The position numbers were made by a program, and so were the translations under genes. A stretch of 63,997 nucleotides of DNA, counting the filler, from Sphacelaria rigidula (Eukaryota), in NCBI GenBank assembly GCA_964200075.2. It is 4 parts of 4 records of this genome, joined end to end, with 100 filler letters (N's around TTAATTAATTAA, not from the genome) between each part and the next. Parts side by side here need not be neighbours in the genome. Positions count along the whole stretch, not along the records: positions 1 to 15,956 come from CAXNAA020001543.1; 3 more parts are not named here. One strand, given 5' to 3'. Below are positions 1 through 10,972 of the stretch, piece after piece (within the stretch, counting starts at the first letter, position 1; the number at the start of each line of letters is the position of its first letter). Below the pieces are notes generated by a model. That model saw only the letters and a program-made list of their open reading frames with translations, did no database searches and had not been told where the DNA came from.

Positions 1-824
1 ATCAGGTACAGTTTGGAGAGCGATGGCCTAGCACAGGTACGTTCTTGGCCGATCGGTGGCCCAGATAAGGTACGATTGAAAAGGAATTCCTAGATCAGGT
101 ATACCTGGGCGAAATTTGGCCTACAAAAGGTAAGAGGTTTCTGAAGGCGAGACGTCCGTTTTCGCCTGGCCATATCTCTCGAGTAACATGTTTTTTTCCC
201 GTTTTTTCCGAGGACCGGGTGCCAACGCCCCCCCCGAATGATGTGCGTGAAAACTTCGGAGCGAAAACGGTCAAAATGGCGTGTTTGGCTGTTTTCGCGT
301 TTCTGGCCACTTTTCGTACCTTTCTTGGGCAAAAAACGAGAAGGTATACCTTTTCTACGCCATTGTTTTTCTTCTAATGATACAGACAGCCACACTGCCA
401 CAAACCATCATCATCCATAGTCAACTGTGCCCAGAATCTCGTATGATGTTTTTCGGGCACCCATAGGGCACAAGGTCCCAAAATCTGTCAGAAACGGCAT
501 GGCGCAGATATACTGGGGTAAATATTTCAAGGAACAACACCCGCTGGATTGTCTGTGCATGTACGCCGCGCCGCCCCCTCAATACCCAAACGATGGATGT
601 TGACGGTTGCGCATAATCGTGAAAAGCATACATAGGGGCCAAGAAAAACAAATGATGCCCTTGAACTTGCTTGCACGTAATATCCTAATTTCTAAACGTG
701 GGCTGCAAAGCAGTTGTTACTAGGCACTATCCTACCTTTCGTGCAAAGGTTTAGTAATGTGTTCGCCTGGTACCACGAGCTGTCACAGATACGACCCCCT
801 TCGCCTTCGCTACTCGTTGCTTAC

Positions 825-3800
825 CGTGGCTCTCCATATTCCGCATGAATTCCCGAGTGGCCTGCAAGTCTCCGCTCCTAGCTGCGGCCTCCATCGCGCA
901 GTTGTAATTAAACAGGCTTGGCGGTACGGCGCCTTGGCCTTCCTCTCCTCGAGCAAAAGCCGCCCACATTTGCAGCAATATCTGTCTAGCGTCTTCGACA
1001 TTGGGCGCCTTGGAACACGCCTGGGCGGATAGTCATTTGGGCATTTGGGGGGATGGGCAGAGGACGGGCAGGAGGGGGGGGGGGGAAGGTATTCATACAC
1101 TACTACAGAATTATGTTTCGGCAGAGTATTTCGCAGTTGTTGGCGTTGCTCTGTAGCCCTTGCTCTTACCACCTCTACAGGCGGGTGGTTCAGGGCGAAT
1201 GACCGAAATTTACTCCCCAGCGATCGTTCACGCCGTTTTTTCGAGTTAGACACTGAAATTTTGCATACGGGCGCTGTGAGATATTTAGAAAGGCTGTATG
1301 AATGGGCTGTTTCGATTCATTTGTTTCTCGCCAGATATCGGGGGTTCCAAGAGGCGGTATCTGACACCGCTTTCTGAGGCCCTGATATCTAGCGAAAACA
1401 CAAAATCGAGAGACCCCACTCACACAGCCTTTCTGAATATCTCACAGCGCCCGTATGCAAAATTTCTCAGCGTCTGACTCGAAAAAAACGCCGGGAAGGA
1501 TCGCCCGTATGTGCGTTGAAGTATACAACGTACGCGGAATCCCCCTTGTTACTTGATTAAATTATGCTACCGACGTTTTCCTTTGCGCTTGCGCTTTAAT
1601 CGACCGTTGGGATCAGCCTTTTGAGCTACGCAACGAAACTTCGTACAAAGGTTCCTTGGACTACCTTGAGACGACTCGAATTTGAAACAGTACTGTGAAT
1701 CTATCCGTCCCGGCTTCTGGGGGTATTCACGCTGGGACCCCCGGAAGTCGGTGGAGAGCGGATAAACTTTGAAACATTCTTCACCGACTTTCTGTCCATT
1801 TGTAGTACGCATACCTACTGAACTTCCAAGTTTGAGGATGATAGGAGCTCTTCTACGAAAGTAACAAGGTAAAATGTCAAAAGGATTTATGGGAGCTTTG
1901 ATGCGTATCGGTTTGATTGATTTGATTGATTCATCAGTGGAAATCCGACAAACAAATCCCACATAACCGAGATATCACGTTTCGGGGTAAAACTCGATCC
2001 AATACAAACCGTTTTCAAATTTATTTTTTTGCGTTAGATTTCCTAGCTGATGGTGGTTACTGAGGTTTCATTCGTGATGAGATTGAATACAAATTGACTC
2101 GGGAAGTCACATTTTTAATTTCAGAACAGTTTTTGAAGACCCCTGATTGGCTGAGTAACATCTTCACTAACAGCGCCACGGCAAAGGACGCAAGAGAAAA
2201 TCTGGTCATATCACACCGTTCGCTCGCTTGTGGGGGTCACTACGATATCAAATATGCTTCTATCGGGTTTGTTTTTGCGTTCTGTATCTAGTAGGGAATA
2301 AATTTTGGGTGTTCGCCCTGAACCAGCCTGCATGTGTATTTATACTGCTTTGCCATGCGTGTTGAATAGTGCACAGTTGAAAAAGAAAAAAAAAAACAGT
2401 GAGTCACACTCCGATTGACTCCCATATTTTCATACTTCAATTATGCAGCAATCGTGTGTTGTGGACCATTAGCGTCTCATGCAAGCTATACCACGACTTC
2501 ATCACTTACCCTTTCTCCCCTATTTGGTAAGGAGCGGCCAAATAGCATTGAAGCTTCCACTTCCGCGCAGTCTGACTGTGCTATGCGTCAAGGTGTGCGC
2601 ATCTTGTTCCTTGATGCGTGATCCGTGCACAGGGATAGCTGGACGCGACTGATGAAGTCGATCAAAGGACCCGGCTGAGCCGATAATGTTGTTGTAGAAG
2701 AGTAGTATTACATAGCTTGACTAAGCAAGTCAAGGAAGGAAAAGAAGAAAGAGAAAGAAGTGAACTCGTGTGGCTACCCAACACCGTGGTGAGCGGAGCT
2801 CCCAGACATTACGTACGTGAGTACAAGGCATACACCTACTATGGTATCAAATCCCACCGCATGTAATTGTCATAACCCGTGAAGACGGATACATCTGTAC
2901 CGTGGTTGATCTATACTGTTGACTACACTGAAAAGGCTGTTCACATCAACACCCCCCTTGCACGGTCGTTTCAGTAGTAGGCTCACGGGAAAACAATCTA
3001 GACAACGATTCATCCTGTGAGCGGGGATGTCTCTCTAAACTACTCACGTCACTGAACAGGTACTTTCGGGGGGAAAATCGCACCTGCCCCAATAGACGAT
3101 AACAAATGAGTACGCCCCACAGACGATATACTGTATACCAGAGTCATATATGTGCGCCCCTTCTTTCGAAAAGATACAGTACTTCAAAATTCTCTGCACC
3201 TCATTTAAATTCTTGCGCTCAAAGATCCCGATCACCGTTTCAAGATCCAAAACCAAGCTCTCTCGAAAATGTAATAATAATGATATCCGTACTTGGAAAT
3301 TCGCAAACAAACTCTCACGTTTTGCGCTTTTTCATGGTGCAAGCTATACAGTGCACACCGAGTATCGGTTCGGACATGCATCCAACTCTGCAGCCTAGTA
3401 CAAAATCAAGACCCTCAGGTGAGCTTTATTTTACACCCATCTTGCAGTACAGCGTGCGCATCATCAAGTGCACATGCCCTATTTCTCAAATCTTCGAGAT
3501 ATCAATACTCCAAACAGAAAAACAGAGAAAACCTATTTCAGTCAAAGACTATGCAACTCCTACATCGCGATCCGGCGGAGCAATAATTCTCGACACATAC
3601 TGTCAATCGACCAAAATTCTACTTAGCGAACCGGCAGAGCGAAATTTTTCTCAACTGTTTCCAACACGCGCAATCAAAAGCACAACATGACATCACATCG
3701 TGCCTCCCCCCCTCATTTTTTGCTTCCAAGCAGTCTACGTCTCTCTCCTGCCCCCCTCGTTTCGGGCTACGGCAATGGGGGAGCGTCGGCATCGTGGAGC

Positions 3801-6800
3801 GTTGTTCGATGTCCATCGAGAGCAGCGGGGGTTGTGCTCGTTGCCGGTTCGCATCCACCCAACATTAGCTTGCCACCTATCGCAGGAGAAACAATTTCAA
3901 ATATCGAGCCTCACCGGGAATTGAGGCTCGACGCGACACAGTGAAAAATTGGGGAAATATCCAGAATCGTATCAGTTACCAGATATCATCAATATAGTGA
4001 TATCCACTCCACTGATCGTTATAATCAAACAGTAAGAAACAAATATATTTCCACAAAGATTCACATCTCAACAGTCATCTGTATCTTACGCATCCTTGCT
4101 TCCAGTTACACACTTGTTTATCCATGTTTTGTGGACATGCCCGCGCACGTTTTGGTCAGTTCACCAGGTTACAACTCCGGCCAACCAAGAACAATTTGCG
4201 CTCTACACTTTCGTTTTGGCATGCCGTGCCGCATGTCTTCCACCGCCCATGATCCCAGTGCCATCAATATATATACATATATATGTATCTTGACCACCAA
4301 TCACGTGGGGTGAGAAATGAGCATTTCTTGTTTCATCGTGTCATGCAATAACACCTGCTGTTCACCTCATGGTACTAGTTCTGCCAGCTCACAGCCTCAA
4401 AACTACATCCAAAACGGGTTCAAAGTAGCATTTCTTATTTTTCTCGTGTCATGCTTGACATGTATTTTGTTCATACCTACCACACACGGAATACGTGATG
4501 TTTACTTACTCTGTACTCCACAGGGCACCGGTAACTACTGTTGCTTTTCAAACAGCCCCCCCCCAGTTAATTAACTGTCAATGCTACAAGCCGTGACCAA
4601 ACGCAATTTGACACCTCTCATGTTTCCACCTTTTGGGAATCGAAATCGAGGGGCAGTCCAGCAAATTCACGAGGAGAAGTGCCCCTCTCTATAAAAATGA
4701 AGGACCAAGCAGTACCATCAAACCAAGAATTTTCGACTCTACGGAGATGTCCTAGGATTGAACTGGTCGTCATCAATCACATGGGTACTTCTGTACTTCA
4801 CTGAGATGACTAAATGCCGGTATCATCTGTACAATCAAGCCAGTGGTATAGCGTCCTACCCGTACTGCACCTATTGAGATGATCTTCATAATTTTTCAAC
4901 AACCATGCTGGCTGGGAACGGTGCCCCGTGTCCCACACCCCACAGGTGACGGAAAAATGGAATACATTGGACTAGGTCGCCTCTTCATGTAAACATGACC
5001 CCAGCGCCAAAAGATGGGTCTATCCGCAGATAACCAGGTACCGAAAATACAGTTCGCGATCTACCGAACAAGTTAGGGAAAATCAACCTACACTCCTTTG
5101 GAGGACGGATCGTGCAACACTTTTATGCTATCGAGATCCGTCAACCAGCCAACCAAGCTAGGGAACGTCAACCTAAACTCCAAGGGAAAACGAACAGTGG
5201 ACTGGGTCGGCTTTTCACGTAAATATGACCCCAGCGCCAAAAATACAGGTCTATCCGCAGATGACCAAGTACCGAAAATGCACTTCGCCATCAACCGACC
5301 AAGTAAGGGACATTCAACCTACACTCCAAGGGAGGGCAGATCGTGCAATACTTCTTATGCAATCAAGATACCTACCCGTCTACCAACCAAGCTAGGAAAC
5401 ATCAACCTGCACTTCAAGGGAAAGATAATAGTGTAACTCCAACGTCGGGAACGGCACGTCCTTGTAAAAAGGTCCCAATGTCGGTCACATACCAAAATCA
5501 TCATGTAATCGAGTCATCCACACGATATGACAGCAAGCACATTTCATCGCCAACCTGCCAAGTTCGAGAAGTTCAACCTACACTCCAAGAGATGGTGGAT
5601 CGTGCACTACTTCATGCAGTCGAGATACCTACCCATCGACCAACCAAGTTAGGGGTCTAAGTTAGGGAGCATCAACCGACACTTACAGGGATGATAGGAG
5701 GTGCGATTCACTAACGTTGAAATCGGTATATCCCTCTAAAAAGGTCTCAACGCCGGCCAAGGCCATCCACCTACTGTAATCAGCTTAACAGTCTTTCATG
5801 TTTCACAACACACATGAGGTTCTCGCGGGCATTCTTTTTATTTCCATCATACATCGTCGTATAATTCTCCGTCTAATTTTACGTGTTGGCCCAGATATTT
5901 TGTCACAAACAACCGCAGGACGGAATGCACCGACTATCCTCTTGAGAAACTTTGTCCCGCCGAGATGGGGAAAAGGCACCCAGCAGTTTTTCAGTCAAAC
6001 AGTCGCTTCAGCTCAAATCCTCTGACAGCTTACCCTACTGTTGAAACAGGAGAAGCATACTACAGCGCCGCAAATCACATCCCCATATCCGTCTGGAACA
6101 CACTGATCAGCAGCCACCTGCAGATACGCTTACCGCCACCATCACGTTTCATCCCCATGATTGCCATGTAAAACTTTGGCTCCACCCACAAAATCAAAAC
6201 CCATCACTGCGCGGATACTGTACTGTAGTCCCGGGAACTAAAAACACTTTGCAAATCAAGAAATCCCGGCGGCACCACTCCATTCGGTGTAGTACTCACG
6301 TTTGGGGCCTATGCCCCCCGATTAATCTTCTTTACCCCTTCTCCGCGCGCAAAGTAGACGGTGCGCGCCCCCTGCACGGCATTGCAGCTGGGTGGTGACG
6401 TCGTTTTCGCAGAACATGTCTCCCACAGGTGCAGTGGATAGCTCAGGAACAAAGCCCACCCCCCAGAGCTGGCCTGAGCTGATCTTTCGACCGTGCTGCG
6501 CCGGGACGTCCCAAATTCCGAGCGCGTGGTGAGGTGCGTCTCACCACCTGACTTCTTCTCCCCGCCCGCGGGCAGTGCCCCGTGCACTAATCGGGACATC
6601 GCTGCCTTTGCTTCAAACAAACTGCCTCTATAATCCGCGTCGTCCCCGGTCGCTGTTGGGGGTATGACCGCGTCCCTTGGTCCTGCCATCTTGTTCGAAT
6701 GTTTGGACCACAAGCCGTTGGCGAATCAAATGGACTCTCTAGAGTGTTCCTTGATGCGTGATCCGTGCACAGGGATAGCTGGACGCGACTGATTAAGTCG

Positions 6801-9800
6801 ATCAAAGGACCCGGCTGAGCCGATCATGTTGTTGTAGAAGAGTAGTATTACATAGCTTGACTAAGCAAGTCAAGGAAGGAAAAGAAGAAAGAGAAAGAAG
6901 TGAACTCGTGTGGCTACCCAACACCGTGGTAAGCGGAGCTCCCAGACATCGCGTACATGAGTACAAGGCATACGCCTACTAAGGTATCAAATCCCACCGC
7001 ATGTAACTGTCATAACCCGTGAAGACGGATACATCTGTACCGTGGTTGATCTATACTGTTGACTACACTGAAAAGGCTGTTCACACCAACACATCTCTGG
7101 TGGTTGAACTGACCATACTGTTTGCTCCACATGATGTATTGCTTTGGGGATGACGCATGGTCGTCGCATCCCATTACTTCGCTGCTACAAGCCATTACCA
7201 CAGACCGACTGCTGTACTCGTAATTATTCTGAGGGGAATCGGCGTGGTCGAAGGTCTCTAAAGAACAATTGAAGAAATGAAAAAATGGTGATTCGTTTTC
7301 AGAAAAACTGTAGTGGATTGCTTGCCTCGACAGCATTTTTTTGTGGATGTTCAGTGTACCGGGCTGGCTTTGAACTGGGACTCTCTGGCTGTTGGTGTGA
7401 TTTGCCATGCTGTCCGCTGCGGATGATACAACACGACAGGTGGACATACATGTATGTGTTCGTATGGGCTGTCTGCGTGCAGTACCCGGTTTTGCTCATC
7501 ACCGCTATGTCATTCAAGAGACTCGAATAAACACCATCTACTTGACGTGTAGACCACAGCCGAGGCAAACCCTCCGGACGACGGCCTTCCCCACAGGGAG
7601 TAACTACACGATTGAAATATTTACAGTGAAGGCGATATCAATGCTGACAAGCAGCCAAAAGGACATTGCATCCTGAACAGGCTTTACGTTTTGGATTGCA
7701 TTTCACTCAGGGATTGACACTGGATGTCGGTCGTTTCCCTTCGATAGCCGACCAGACAGAGCTATTGTACACGCCAGCACCCGTACGAAGAAGGGGTACC
7801 CTACACATGAAAAGGACGAGGGACTATCATATTTCGCAATACCTTCAACTCTTTACAACGTTGACCGGGTGATTTGGAGCGCATCGGAGGAGGGCGTTGT
7901 TCTCGACAGAAATTTATCGACAGGGCCTGCGTCACCAGGGGCTATCTCAGTTACCGGTTGAAAAAACAAGCAGGAGTGGATCCAAGTCCCGCAGAGTCCT
8001 CAACACTGACCTAAGCCAACGCAACTCGCGCGTGAATCCAACCGCCAGCTACTTTTCGACCGTGGCGGCGACAAAATTTCTGGTGTTTGTAGCTGCTACA
8101 AGATACTCATGCTCGCTTTCACTAAACATAGAGATAACAGCCAAGGAAGGTCCACTAATGATCATCTGATTCACGCAGACCCAGGCCTGCGACTCAACTC
8201 CCGAAAAATGTGTTTGAATGTACGCATGCGTCCGGTCTTTCAAATCTGCTCTCAAAACGTTTTGACCATGTTTTTGCGGTCAAGGGACTCTGCCAGCGAT
8301 TGATCGATCAATCGACGTATTCCATTTATTGATCCACGACGAATTCGACCGTGCTCACAATATAGGCTCATACCTTGAGAGCCGTCTCGAAGCTGTAGGT
8401 ATCCGGAGACACACCATCTTCCACCATCATGTCCAAGACGTGCTTCACTTCTTCCTTTCCGTGACCCTTGGCACACGCTTGTGCTCTCCCCCCGGACAAA
8501 AAAGCACCAGACGCGCATGTTGTGTTTGAAGGGGAAACATTAGGAAAGGAAACATACAGGAGTCAGGGTTTACTGGTTTGCCACCGTATCGCGCAGGCCA
8601 ACGCTTGCGCTTTAACTCCGCCGGAAGATCTCACGCTTCATTTACCTGCATCCCACCCGGCTTCCGCGAACTACATTTGTGGTCACTTGGTCATTTCGTG
8701 TGGTGGCATTGAGCCAACCGCGATTGTAGCACGAAAGAGCAATCAGTCTTGGACCACCTAACGGCGTACACCAGACGATGAATTTGGCATACTGAAGGCC
8801 TACACAAAAAGTGTAGACGTGTCTTGTACTGCGGAGAGTTCAATATAACAGTAACATATCTGTGATTCGGGTTCGCGTTTCCGCCTCAAACAGTAAACAA
8901 AACAATTGATGCCATATGCTCATTTCAAGGCAGATACCCGCGCTTCGAAATAGCTTCCAGGTGTTGACCGTGCGGCATCCCTTCGGTCATCTTCACCCCA
9001 TAAAACGTTTGTCAAACATATTTGTGGGCAAGGAGGTTGTACGGAGTGCGAAAGTCCTGGTGATGACAAAAAGTTAGGCCTCGCAGAAATTCGATGCTGG
9101 ATTTAGCTTTGAAAAAAAATCGATACGCGTTGAGATTTTCAGCCGGGATACCGGCTGTCCATACACTACTTTTGGAGGCTGACTCTCACGCTGTTGAAGC
9201 GTTTGCAGATCTGGGAGCCCCGCACCCGTGAAGTCCACCTATACCCCACAGTGTTGATGTGAAAAGGACTCGCGAAAACAATGTACTGGGCGTGGAAACC
9301 ACGGCGATAATATTGCCCAAGTCGTACCCGTCCTACGTTATGTCAAAACGACTATTGTGCAATCACAGTAAGTCGTGGGTATCGTGGGGTTGCGCATACC
9401 GAGGAGACGGACGCCAGATTCGTAGCGCTCACATTTGAATAGGCAAAACTCGATTCGTCACCCCCATAAGCGCATGACACACCCGACATGGGGATGACGA
9501 CAACCGACAACGAGGAACTTGCTTGCAACACTAAATAGACAACGTTCATCTTATCTTCGTCCAGCATCGACAGCTAACTTCGTGAACGTTTGGACCGGCA
9601 GCTCAAGTGCTCCGTGTTCCGATTTGTAGCAACTTGCTTTTACACGAAACGTAACGCACCAGGAGGCAGGAATTGTAGCCCCTCAAGGTTGGCAAATATC
9701 CCCGACCACGTGCCCTCATCTTTCCCAAAATCTGCAGGGCAGCCTTGCTGTTCGCCGCTCGACCCTGGAGATACAGCTGCCGCTCGTAAAAGGCGTGGGA

Positions 9801-10610
9801 TGGAGAAGAATAATCTACTTCCACCCCGTCTTTCAGGGCATGGCCGTTACCAGACGTGGCGTGTGCGCCGTTGGGGCCCCTGTCATATTGACCATGACAA
9901 ATACCACGTCCGTGCCAATGAATAGCTCGGATACGATCCTCCTTCCCATCAGCGACACTGTTATTTTCGTTGTTGTTGCTGCTGCCGCCGTCGCCGCCGC
10001 TGCTGTTGGAAACGCCACCGCCAATCAACCTTTGCTCTACTTGATGATCCACCGCAGGTGCCGCCACCGTCGACACCTTTGTTTGCAGGACCTCCTCCTC
10101 GTTTCTCGGTATCTGCGCTGGTGCTCTACCGCTACTGCCAAGGCTTTTCGGCGGTGACGACTGGCATAAGATCTGACTGTCAGAGCCGACGGTTGCTGAT
10201 TTGTTTCCGTCAGCCGCTACTGTGCTGACGGGTGTGTGGGCACCCAGATTCGTTCTACGTGGAAAACGTGGTCGCTGATGTCGCCCATGTTGACATCGAG
10301 AAACGAATGCAACGGTGGTGATCCGTGGAGACGTGATCGGTATACAGCACGACCTGTCATGATGTCGATGCGGTAAAACCGATGCTGTCGTCACAGATCT
10401 CCGCTGAAAGACAAGCCTGTTGTGCAGGCTTGAGGTACTTTCGATTTCCATTACCTCTTTCTCTGCCTCTTTCTCTGCCCCTGCCTCTGCCCCTGCCTCT
10501 GCCGCTGCCAGCGTCTTCGCCCCAGTCCCTCTGTCCGCGATGACTCTCCTCATTGATCTCGTGCACAAGTCTCTTGACAGTCCCGTGCGGAGTGATTTAT
10601 CACCTTTCAT
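825..10610 (-). CDS. Pentatricopeptide-repeat (PPR) protein, multi-exon, 3' part incomplete
   Basis: Three exons encode PPR-like motifs. Exon 10610-9660 ends AALQILGKMRARGRGYLPTLRGYNSCLL|GT. Exon 8477-8374 is ACAKGHGKEEVKHVLDMMVEDGVSPDTYSFETALK|GT. Exon 981-825 is ILLQMW...PPSLFNYNCAMEAAARSGDLQATREFMRNMESH|GTAAGC. A further exon at about 7927-7844 is possible. Intervening exons, exon phases and the true start codon are not resolved. Confidence 0.7.
1220..1504. mobile_element. Foldback/MITE-like palindromic element
   Basis: About 1220-1343 is the imperfect reverse complement of about 1381-1504 (e.g. AATTTTGCATACGGGCGCTGTGAGATAT / ATATCTCACAGCGCCCGTATGCAAAATT). Non-coding and intronic. Confidence 0.75.
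2605..2951 (-). repeat. 3' LTR (347 bp)
   Basis: TGTTCC...TCAACA; direct repeat of 6745-7091; adjacent to the PPT. Confidence 0.9.
4969..5690. repeat. Diverged tandem array inside the LTR element
   Basis: ~231-bp units at 4969-5199 and 5200-5431 plus a partial third unit. A ~33-bp core CAAG(T/C)TAGGGAnnnTCAACCTACACTCCAAGGG recurs at 5069, 5154, 5300, 5388, 5559 and 5645. Confidence 0.8.
6745..7091 (-). repeat. 5' LTR (347 bp)
   Basis: TGTTCC...CCAACA; direct repeat of 2605-2951; followed by TSD CATCT. Confidence 0.9.
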
Positions 10611-10972
10611 GTCAGCTTGCCGACGATGTATAACACCCCCACCACGCCTTTCTCAGGAGCACTTGTTGCTCCTTCAATCGTGCGAAAATTCCATTTATTT
10701 ATTGAGATTATCGACCTCATGTTGTTTTTTTTTTCGATTTCCTCGTCAAAAGCGTCCCCACGGACGAAACTATTGATGATTTAGCCGCCTTAGGTTCTTG
10801 AGGGCTAAGGGGTCCGGGGGTGTTATACCCCATCATCACAAATCAAGTCTCTGCTGATTTGAGGACACGACAACACGACACTGCGTGTAGAGTTGACAGT
10901 AACGGACGGGCTGTAAGCTGTAAGCTGCAGAGAGATAAGTGGCTCCTACGTCTGGGGTTCCCCGCATCCGCC

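Larger units (their letters stand above)
2605..7091 (-). mobile_element. Intact non-autonomous LTR retroelement (LARD-like)
   Basis: Two 347-bp direct repeats (2605-2951, 6745-7091) with TG...CA termini and 10 mismatches by eye (~97%). Perfect 5-bp TSD CATCT (2600-2604, 7092-7096). A polypurine tract AAGGGGGG abuts the 2951 LTR edge on the minus strand. No RT, RNaseH or integrase motifs in the internal ORFs. Confidence 0.9.

Noticed and set aside
97-351. Possible degenerate TIR element bounded by AGGTATACCT
   Set aside because: Inverted similarity beyond the 10-bp palindrome is weak and the boundaries cannot be supported.
1565-2300. AT-richer stretch suspected to be an organellar insertion
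   Set aside because: No recognisable plastid or mitochondrial gene in the frames read; it would need BLASTN against organelle genomes.
5069-5690. Regularly recurring ~33-bp motif resembling a CRISPR array
   Set aside because: The repeats are degenerate, the spacers are long and themselves repeated, there are no cas genes, and the context is a eukaryotic LTR element.
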